Part shown: piece after piece, positions 53,842 through 64,000 of the stretch
How the letters are laid out: the number at the start of each line of letters is the position of its first letter
How positions within the stretch are numbered: the stretch's first letter is position 1
DNA from: Dimorphilus gyrociliatus
Lineage: Eukaryota > Animalia > Annelida
DNA: 64,000 bases
Direction: 5' to 3'
NCBI GenBank assembly: GCA_904063045.1
Contig: CAJFCJ010000028.1
Span: 62,001-126,000, forward strand
Made by a program: the position numbers and the translations under genes
The notes under the pieces: model-generated
The model's input: only the letters and a program-made list of their open reading frames with translations
Told to the model about the DNA's origin: nothing
The model's database searches: none

Positions 53842-54216
53842 TACACATAGTCCCTCATACTCCATTATCAATTAAACTGCTAATAGACGTCGTTAAAATC
53901 GTTACATATTGTAGATAAGTCTACACATTTATTTCAATTATTTAATGCCATAAATTGGGGAAATTTTTCACTATAATTGTATTAATTTTATTAATCGTTT
54001 ATATATAGCAGTACTTTATAGTATATTGCACAAGACTTTCATACAAATCATTGTAAGAAAATAAATGATTTTTGAATCAATTTATTACAAATTTCTACTT
54101 TTTCTTTTTCATTTTTCTTCTTCTCAAATAGGAAAAATTTGTTCATTTCTAATCTTTTTCTTAGACTATTCTTAACCAACTTGGTTAACTCAAATATTTA
54201 TTTGAATTAATACCTC

Positions 54217-55402
54217 TCAATTCATATTAACAGTCCAAAACATTGTATAAATAAAGCCAACAAGCGCGCCAAAAACACTTGTTAACCACAATTTATTCGC
54301 ATCGGATGTTGTTCTATATACGGTTGCGACGTCGACCTATATATTAACAGTGGGAAAAGAAAATGAAAGAAAAATAAAAGCTTAATTTAATATTGAAATA
54401 GAAAAACAAAAAATGATTAGAAAAGGAAATTGAAGAGATGAAAAAAGAAAAAAAGTAATGTTTATCAAAATTTTGGTTTGTTTTTACGTAGAATTTTGAT
54501 ATATAGTTAAGACATGTCAAGTTTGTAATTTACGGTACAAGTTTGTTCAGTTCTTTTTTTATATAACGATAAAAAAAGCTATTGCAATATGTTCCACGAG
54601 TAATAAATTATTAGTTGCACAGATTTACTGTCATAAAATAAGAAGGAATGAATATTTGATAACAAACTTGCCCTTTCAATGTGTGAGTTTACTAAACAAA
54701 TAAGATTTTGAGAAGTTAGAGAGATTTTTTTTTCTTACTTACCCATCCACCTCTTCTCTTTATCCAGTCTAATAGGGAATCTTTAACGAATTCTGTAAAA
54801 CTATCTATAATCACTGGTACGAATTCACTTCTATTCTGTCTAGAACAATCGCAAGCGAAACTTCCCGACAAACAGAATAATGCTATCACTTTAGCCCATG
54901 TAACTGATTTTCGTTCTTTAAAAAGGTTTTCGGCAACATTTCTGAACGTTTCCCTAACTGCACTTTCGGATGTAAATGGAATACCTAATTGCTCACTAAC
55001 GTCATTAAATAATTGCCCGTAATATTTTTCTAGTTTTCCCGCCAAAAATTCAATTTCTTTAAGGGTATCTGAAGGGATAAACTTTGAAGCTTCGTATTGC
55101 TGTTTAGCATTTAGCTGGGATGCTCTAGAGGAAAAATAATAGTAATTAATACAGTACAATTAAACAAATTATCGTTAGTATTTTAAAGAGAATATAATAA
55201 GCATATGTTACATAAATGATTGATAGGTTTACCTATTTAGCCTAGTTGTAACGAATTCTGTGCACAATATTCTAGCCTGACTGACAATATCCTCTTCTGC
55301 AGGTTTATTTCTTCTGATTAGCCCTAAAATAATTGATTTATCATTAGTGTCAGCATCTTTTCGTTGTCCAACAAAATAGCTAAATCGTCTGTCTTGATTC
55401 AT
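54217..55402 (-). CDS. BOK: BOK-like Bcl-2 family protein
   Basis: Exons 55402-55233, 55124-54743, 54336-54217. BH4 IVSQARILCTEFVTTRL, BH1 VTWAKVIALF, BH2 WIKRRGGW, and C-terminal TM. Confidence 0.85.
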
Positions 55403-56764
55403 TTTATTGATTTAAAAATGGCCTTTTTGTTTTTCAATAAATATTGAAAAGAAATTGATAAAAAAAAAAGAAAAAAAAACCTTTTCTGCAGAATCTCTTT
55501 ATCCATTTTATATAGTTGTAATATTTCGTGTTGAAAAATTGCGTCCAAGTTGACGGTTGTATTTTACCAGAGATCAATCGTTCTTCGTATTTATTCAAAA
55601 ATATTTGGCACGCCAATTTATCCTTCTTCCGTCTTATAAGAGCATACGAATTCATCCTGTTACAAGTCTTATCCTGGGGTGAAGAAAATAAGCGCCTGGC
55701 TTAGAAAATCATATAGAAATCGAGCTCGATATATACAATTGCCTGGCCTGCAGCGCTATTAAGTGTATATACGGTTTGGGGGGGTTCATGCATGCTCATA
55801 CAGAAACAATCAATTCTTAACAATACTTTATCAATTGTTCGATGATTTAAGTCTATACGCTTTCTGAGAATGGCTAATCATCCCTATAAAGACCAAATTA
55901 GTCTTATTTTAACTAGCTTAATTCACTTTTAAAGAGAATAAGCTTAAAAAGAAATATGCGGGACATTAGGCCAATTATTTAGGAACTATTCTCTAACGAT
56001 AGTACTCAAAAGCCGCCATCTACCGATTATAGAATAAAAATCAAATATCATTATATATTGGATATTTTCCTTTAAACTCTATTCTATTAGTTTTGTAACG
56101 TTCTGAAAGAACTTATTTAATTATTCATAACTTGATCTATTTCGAGTTTAAAAAAGCGTCTATATTTATCCATAATATTAATAATTCTTATAAAATATTT
56201 AAAATTAAATAAAGAACATTAGAAAAAAAGAATACCTTCGTTTTTTCAATAAAGTTTCACATGTATTCTTAGGCTCTAAACCACAAAATGTTAGTAAGAT
56301 TAACGTTATAGTGCCTCTAACATTACAACGTCATCTACGGTACACGGTACCCCCATAGCAATCCTAAAGGGAAAAGAATCCATTTTCCCTTGAATCTAAT
56401 AATTCCAGGATCAAATAGGGCTGCAAGATTTATAACAGTTCCTTGACAAATTAAATTCTGATCGTAACTGTATAGAGACCTTCTATAGCCTTCTATTTAT
56501 ACTTTTTACATATATACAATATATTAAATACTTAATAGCTAAAGTCTCTCTGTCTACAGATACGAAAAGAACGCTAAAGAGATAAAATCTATAAAGATTC
56601 TCCCCAAAATGGAATAATAAATCATTTATTTAGATTATTGCTACCAGGAAAGGATACATTAGATATAGGCATATTGTGTTTAACAATACAAAATATATAC
56701 ATGTTCATTTCTTCTTTATGATCTTCTCTTATTCGAAACAAAAGATACCATAATTTACATCTAA

Positions 56765-58043
56765 TTAGAATATACAAGTCTTTTTATATAATTCAATATT
56801 CTTTTCAATATTAAAAAAACAACGAAGAAGGCTACTGGAATAGATATGCTTCATGTAATTTTTATGTGTTTGTCTCCATTTTGTCCTGTATAGTTTGTGC
56901 TTTGTAAAATCAGCTAAGAAATTAACTATTTTCCCTAATCTTATATGATAAGAATCACCGTGAACTCTTTGTAAATAACGAGTGAACGCCAACATTACAC
57001 GATTATAATTACTTTCGAAATGAGGATGATTCGGATCGGGATAAACAAGATTTAACGCTAATATTAAGGTTAACTCTTCAAATGTGAATTTTAAATCGTC
57101 AATATAAAGCAATAGCTCTCTTAGCATTGATGAATAAACTTCGTCAGTTAGATCGGAAATACTGTTCTTCTTTAAAATATACTCTTTTTCATTAAACCTT
57201 GCCACAAAACCAACGTCTTTCCATGTATGTAGGCCAGAAGTCATAAGGATAATATATATTTCATCAACTCTTAAGCGAACCAGTTGTCTCAGCTCAAAGT
57301 CGCTTAATTGAGCTATTCCGGGGAAATTTCTTGCAATTGTTAACCAACGTTTACCAGTCACCTCCATAACTTTCTCTATTAGTTTCCAGAAAGTTTTACG
57401 ATTGTCCAATTCAATTCCTGTAGCTTCAAACACCTCCATATACATTGACATAGGGAATGTACCTTCGGCCAGAAGCGTCGAAGCTTTCTCGTATTGCTCA
57501 AATATATTATCAATTTCTGACGGCCAATAAATATCTTGAATCTTGGACAAGGCGCAACAACATCGAACTAACAAATCATCAGTGTCTGTATGCGCGAACA
57601 GACTAGGCAATTGTAATTTCTTCTTTTGGAATACAGTAAATTGATGTTTCACGAGTAAACGCTTTTCTTTTGAATATCGTCCGTGTTTAATGTGCTTTAA
57701 AGACATTCCGGCTGAAACGCACCTTATATATCTACATAATCTGCATGGAAAAGCAAAATCTAGCGTTGGACTGCAATTTCTCCTTCCGTTTTGACACTTG
57801 TAATCTTTGTGCTTTTGTATACTTCGACGGAAAAAAGTCTTGCACGCTTCGCATGAATACGTTCCATAATGACGTCTACAAAAATATTGTTATCATTGAA
57901 TAGTATAAAGGAACAGTCAAAGTAAGTTGAATAAGTTACCCAGTTGATTCTATTCCACAAACCAGACACGGCGGTAATATTAAACGTTCATTCGAGTTAT
58001 CTGATGGCGGTTTTAGATTGATTTCTTTATTGTTAAGGGACAT
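56765..58043 (-). CDS. Orphan nuclear receptor (C4 zinc-finger DBD plus divergent LBD, about 404 aa)
   Basis: Exons 58043-57940 and 57875-56765. [28 protein letters not shown]...CRLCRYIRCVSAGM, T-box IKHGRYS, LBD signature ARNFPGIAQLSDFELRQLV. Confidence 0.9.
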
Positions 58044-58359
58044 TATAGTCTCAAAAGCCAAAAAACTGGTAGTTTGAATGTATATTAATTAGTTTGGCTA
58101 AGATATTCAACTTCAGGTCAGAATATAGTGTTATCTTCAGATAAGATATTTTTTAGACAGGTTTAGTGTCCAAATTGTTTATTCAATTGTTTATTACCCA
58201 AAAGAAAAATAGAAATAAAATGGCAAATTTTATTAACAATCAATTCTTAGAGAAAATGGATAAAATGATTAATAGAATTAAAAAATTTTTAACAACTAAT
58301 TAACATATTACGCAACAAAGACAGTTTTTTAAAATAATAACATAAATGAACAAAAAAAA

Positions 58360-59097
58360 TCAATTAATTGATCGATACCTTTTTGAACTTGATTCATCGT
58401 TGTTATCTGCAGATTTACGTTTTCTTTCTTTTATCACTTTTGAAGTATTACTATTCTGTCTATTTCTGTGATTAGAAAACCATCTCTTTACTTGCTCTTT
58501 AGAAGAATCGGTTAATCTTGCTAATTCCAAAACTTCATTTCGATTTGGATAAGGATATTCTGAATGACTGTTATACCATTCTTTCAATATCGTTGTACGC
58601 TTTTTAACTTTCATTCTTTTTTTCTCACTAGGTGACGAATCTTCTTCTTTCATTAGTGTTATTCCATCGAAGAATTCGCTGAAATCTGGTACGACTATTT
58701 TATCCGCTTCTTCTTTCAAATGTATTAAGACAGGTAGCACTTTGTCTAATGTCATCTGCTTTTCAACGGCAAAATAACGATTAACCGAACCTAAAAGCCA
58801 ATCGTCCTTCACTAATAGATTTTGTATAGCTAATCGACGTTGATCTTCCAGAAGTTGTAATCTAAACAGGAGAGGATCCCTTATAGCCTGAATGGAAACT
58901 TCAGGATATATTTTCGATAAATGTTCAAATTCAGAAAAAACCAAATTTTCGGTTGGAGAAGACACAGTGATATCATTGAGAGTCAAGTAATCGGGAGAAG
59001 GAGAAGGAGGCGAAGAATTCTAACGAATAAAATATGAACATTTAAAATTAACAGAACTTATAAACACTATAAATCACTTACTGCCATTATCTTAATT
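58360..59097 (-). CDS. Divergent TALE-class homeobox protein
   Basis: Exon 1 59097-59092 (ATG GCA), exon 2 59019-58360. Homeodomain ILKEWYNSHSEYPYPNRNEVLELARLTDSSKEQVKRWFSNHRNR with the TALE PYP insertion. Confidence 0.88.
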
Positions 59098-59592
59098 GTT
59101 GTATAAGGTATGTGTAGACTGTATCCTTGTAATCCGTTAATAGTGGAATGACTTTAACTAATGATTCCTATCGCCAGTTATATATACTTCTATAGAAAGG
59201 AGTATTCAATCAACCACTCTCTAAACAACACTCAGAGTGGCAAATTAACTCAACAAGGAAACGAAGATTTCGGTGAAACCGGGGTTGGGGCTTTAATGTT
59301 GCGCCAACTATATAATCAGTACGAAACGAAAGTATACCTTCGGTTTATAGCTATTATATAATACGCTTGCTCTTAAGTGATTTTCAATGTAAACCTTAAG
59401 CCTAAAAGTTAGTTCGTTAATTGTAAGCGATTTTTTTTTATTTCAATTGGTAAGTTTTTACTGTGAGAGTTAAACATTGAATTCATTGAATACAGTATAT
59501 TTTTAGGCTAAAACAAACAGAAAGGATATACATTTAGGATTTAAGTGAAAGGAATATATACAATAATATATCGTTATTGATTAGAGATTTTT

Positions 59593-61141
59593 TTAAGACT
59601 CTTGCAGTGAGAATTCAGATAATTTTTTTGGATCTATTAGAGATTTTTCCAGTGAATACTCTATATCATAGTCGCGGGCTTGATGCATATGACGTAATTT
59701 TTTACTTGACCTCGGTGGAATAGGTAATTCAGAATGATGAGCTGGTAATGGCTCAGTAAAGAAATATGGATGTAAGAGAGCCTGATAAAGAGAATAAAAA
59801 ATGCTTTATGGAAAAAAAAAAGACCAAATATTATTACAAACCTCTTTTGCAGAAATTCTTCTTTTAGATGAATAGACGAGAAATTTTTTCAGTAGATCAA
59901 CTGCTAAAGGAGAGGCGTCAGGTACAATTTCTTCTAATGGTATAGGAGCTTGAGGTTCAAACGAAATCTTATGATAGTCAGGTAATTCGGTAACACCCTT
60001 TGATGTCAAAATGTAAGTTTTAAAAATTCAACAATATATTTTAGGACATTACTGGCCAATTGCTTTCAGAAGGCGTTCCAAGAACCTGAGTTACTCTACA
60101 TAATTGAGGAATATCAGTTTCAAGCTGCAAAGAGTGAACTTTTATAAATAGTATTAAGTTTTAACGAGCTATTTTCAAAGATCTTACTGGAAATAAAGGT
60201 GAATTATTTAATAATTCTCCAAATATACAACCAACAGCCCTACAAACGGAAAATATCATATTTAATGGACACTATATAATTTTTATAATAATTTACCATA
60301 AATCAACGCCTTCATCATAATTTTTTGCGCCATATAACAATTCAGGAGCTCTATACCACCTGTAATTTTTAAGAAATTCAACTGTAGTATCTTATCGAAT
60401 AACATGATATTTATGTAATAAATTATTTATACCTCGTAGCCACTTGATGACTGTATAATCTACCATCATTTCTAAATAATCTGGCTAATCCAAAATCAGC
60501 TAATTTTAAATGTCCTGTTTCGCTTATTAGTAAATTTGCTGGTTTTAAATCCTATTGAATAGATATTAACTAGTAAACTAAGTTGTTTTATTTATATTAA
60601 TTTTACCCTATGCATTATGTTGTTTTCGTGACAAAAGGCAACACCTTTTAGTAGCATCAGAATATAACTCTTTATTTGACTCTCTGTTAATGGCCTTTCT
60701 GTATTACGAATTACTTCAGATAAATCCGAAAGCATATAATCGAACACTAAGACAAGACTTGTACTATGAGGAAAGACATCTCTTAATTTAACTACCTGTA
60801 ATATGTAAATATAATCGATTTAGAACTCGGAATATTTATTTTCCTATGTTTAAAAAGATGAAATTACAAACATAATCGTTTTCTTCTATTTCCTGAAGAG
60901 TTTTTATTTCTCGGAGAGCCGTATTTGGTATACCACTATCCAATTTTGGCAAGGATACTTTCTTTATTGCTACTACCTCCCCTGACTATGTAGAAAGTTA
61001 TTAGCATTCATATGTATAATATTTTATATTTATACAGTAGGTACATTTAAAACTTTGGACTCTTACCTCAATATGCTTTGCTTTATAAACGAGACCATGA
61101 GCACCTTCACCAATATTCTCGAGAATTGTATATTGATCCAT
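59593..61141 (-). CDS. CDK20: Cyclin-dependent kinase 20 (CCRK)
   Basis: Multi-exon. [39 protein letters not shown]...YSHQVATR, and C-terminal [22 protein letters not shown]; stop at 59593-59595. Confidence 0.94.
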
Positions 61142-61571
61142 TTTGAAAAAAAATATCTTCCACGAAATAAACGAATTGAACGATATAACAATCTTAATCC
61201 GAGATATTAAAGGTACTAATTAATGAATCAATTATAGAAATATTGCATGAATATTATATTTTAGCAAAATATAATTAATATTTTAACAGCTTTACCGAAA
61301 TTATCGTCTTTCTAGAAGATAAACTATGTAGATGCTTTAGCGTTCATAGTTACGAGTGGTATTACTAAAACTGGAAATTGGCATTCCTTAAGTGATTTAT
61401 ATATTATAGTTTTTAAATAGGAACAGTATAGATTATTCATCAATGTTATGTTATAAGAATGCAAAGTTTTTTTAATTTAAGCCGTAGCATAAACCTGACA
61501 AATAATCAAATAGTAGTTTTCGACAATATATATCACGGTTTATAGCCAACCTTAATTACGAAAATAAAAAA

Positions 61572-64000
61572 ATGGCTGTCACTGCTCTTCGCGCTCTTAA
61601 AAGTTCTAATTTAGCAGCTATTAGGAACGCGTATTGTTTGACTTCTATCGTAAGTGTTTAGTTGTATATTTTTGATATTTTGATGAAAATTTTTATAAAA
61701 ATTAACTACTCATGGGTTACCTATTATTGTGCAATGTGTTACAACCTCCCTAGAGGTCGACTATCACGACTACTTTTAATTCAAAATTAAATCTTTAGTA
61801 AATATACTGTCAAAGAACATCTAAGTAGGCAAAGGTCGATGGCTAGTTCAGCTGATATTGAAGCTATAAGCTCTTTAATTGACCAATTGAGAGTTGTAAA
61901 GTAAGTTTTACATTTGTGTGCCGGAAAATTGACTAACAGCCAATTTACAGGAAAACTGAATCAAAGGATCACCTAAATTTTTTAATTAAAGAGACAGACA
62001 AATGTCTTGAAAATACAGATCTTTTGTGTTCTATATTTGAAATTTTACGAAATTCATCAACCGACCCAAGCATTGTCAATTATCTTGTCAAGTCAGTATT
62101 TTATTCAGCAATAGTCATTTAAAATTAAAAATGTTCATTATTTTTCAGGCAAGGGAAACCAACAATTTATGAAATCGCTTACAAAATCTTGATAAAAGGG
62201 AATCTCAATCATGAAATACAAGACAAAGAAATGCTTTTGTACAGAAGAATTTTGCAATTTGTTGGAAATTCTTCAACATTTGATGAAGAGAGCATTTTAT
62301 TAAAATTATTTCAAGAGAACTTCAATCAGATCACATTAATTGAGGATACGAAATGTATTATCTACATTCAAATGATGACGAATAACTTTATTGAAAAACT
62401 CCTCAAAATGGACAACTATCTTGAACAATTAAAACCTATTATGGACTTTATTTTTAAAACTTGGGAATGTTCAGAATGGGCGTAAATACCTTTTTCTCTT
62501 AAAGCTTTGTATAGAAAATGTAATTAAACTATTTAATATTTATACGCAGAAAGTATGTTATAGAAAAATGCTGCGCCAACGAAGATTTTCTCATGTTATA
62601 TTATCCAACAATTGAAAGTCAAAATAGGTATAAAGATTTACATAATATAATATCAATTTATTAAATTCATCTCTTCTCTACAGATATATACTGCTTGATA
62701 TGATGATTTGCCAATTGGAAAGTGACAATGAACCATTTATTCATTTGAAAAATGTACTATTTGTATCATCCCAATTTACTGATCTTCAAATAACTTCCGT
62801 CGATATTTTGACATATGCAATCTATTTAAGGAAGTATTTGGAAATATTATGTAAAGCATCATGTATGGATAAGTATAATATGCTGAAAGAGGAGAAAAGC
62901 TTACTTTTAAAAACTATAGGTTTGTATACAGTTTTAATAAAATATGTCAAAATTTGAATATATCATTTATATTTGACTTTCAGATTTTCTCAAGTTTATT
63001 TATGAGTGTTCAGAATCAGGAAAAGAGGAGTTTAAGACTATATCGAAATTGTCTGAATTTGACAAGGAATCAGATGATTTTCGAGTTCATGGCTTGAAAA
63101 GAGATCTAATAAGATTAATAGCGAACTTTGTGTATAAACACAAAACGAATCAGAATCTTGCTAAAGATGTTCTGCCGATTATTCTTTGTCATACGCAAGT
63201 AGATGCAAGAAATCCCTGTAATAAAATTTGTTACAACATGCTCACACATGTTTAAATATATTTTAATAAATTTTTCCTTATGTTTCAGTTTGCCAAAACT
63301 GGGCTATAGTGGCTGTTCGAAATTTACTTGAAGATAATGACGAAAACAAAAGCTTTCTATCATCTTTATCTTTGCAGCAAATATCACAAGATGTAAATGA
63401 TTTTAGAAAGTATGGTATTGAAGCTGAAGTCGTTGATGGACGAATTGTCGTTAAATCTATTGATTGACATATTGCACAATATAAGAAGGGCCAAATTTAT
63501 AATCTTTAGAGCAATGAATACATTCTTATTGTTTTTTTTTATAAACAAAACACAATATTGAAAATGTCTTTTCTTTTCAAAACGATTCTTTCAGAATAAA
63601 CTATTTCACTCTTCTACTCCCCGTCTCGATGAATACGGAGGACGACATACGGTCACACTTATCCCAGGTGATGGGGCTGGTCCTGAGTTAACAAATTACG
63701 TCAAAACAGTGTTCGCAGCAGCCAATGCCCCAGTTGATTTTGAAACTGTAAAATTGGATCAAACAGTTACTGATCCTCGTGAAGTCGACAATGCTTTTCT
63801 TAGTATCCAAAGAAATGGTGTGGCTTTAAAAGGCAACCTTAGATCATCCAAAATACCTAGGATGAGCAATGTTGAATTAAGATCTGAATTGGAACTGTAT
63901 GCTCATGTTGTGCGTTGTAAAACTATTCCTGGAGTTCCTGCCCGAATGGACAATGTAGACTGCGTAATTATCAGAGAAAATACGGAAGGGGAGTATTCAC
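61572..64000 (+). CDS. IDH3G: NAD-dependent isocitrate dehydrogenase gamma subunit (5' part, truncated by window end)
   Basis: Exon 63595-64000: NKLFHSS...YGGRHTVTLIPGDGAGPEL...RNGVALKGN...RENTEGEY. No in-frame ATG locally (in-frame TGA at 63559). Presequence-like exon 61572-61649 (MAVTALRALKSSNLAAIRNAYCLTSI|gtaagt) joins it in phase 0. Confidence 0.85.
61839..63467 (+). CDS. ATXN10: Ataxin-10
   Basis: Multi-exon (61839-61900, 61951-62091, 62149-62481, ..., 63289-63467). C-terminal GLKRDLIRLIANFVYKHKTNQ...VDARNPFCQNWAIVAVRNLLEDN is the Ataxin-10 domain. Confidence 0.9.

Overview
Eukaryotic (animal) genomic DNA: AT-rich, gene-dense (about 22 protein-coding genes in 64 kb), with many 50-80 nt GT-AG introns. 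The gene content (TALE homeobox with an N-terminal domain, CEACK-type nuclear receptor, invertebrate-type Slo) and compaction suggest a compact spiralian genome, possibly an annelid; this is inference. I found no prokaryotic features, CRISPR, rRNA, tRNA or intact transposon. Genes were rebuilt by hand from splice sites, in order: 3' end of a possible EXOC3-like gene, CIAO1 (-), 8-Tudor-domain protein (+), SLC1A glutamate transporter (-), NUDT17-like protein with a degenerate Nudix box (-), FNTA (+), SH2D4 (+), CCPG1/PBXIP1-like (+), ATP8B flippase (+), Slo/BK channel (-), orphan secreted/GPI protein (+), ankyrin protein (+), SPEF1 (+), cofilin (-), two paralogous 8-Cys secreted peptides (-), BOK-like (-), orphan nuclear receptor (-), TALE homeobox (-), CDK20 (-), and IDH3G (+, runs off the window) with ATXN10 apparently nested on the same strand in its first intron. 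The most striking signal is in the ATP8B P4-ATPase. It carries three tandem homologous 99-nt exons for the TM1-2 loop/TM2 and two tandem homologous 84-nt exons for the TM5-6 loop/TM6. This layout predicts mutually exclusive splicing that could build up to six versions of the lipid-entry pocket. All gene names come from recalled family motifs, not database searches.
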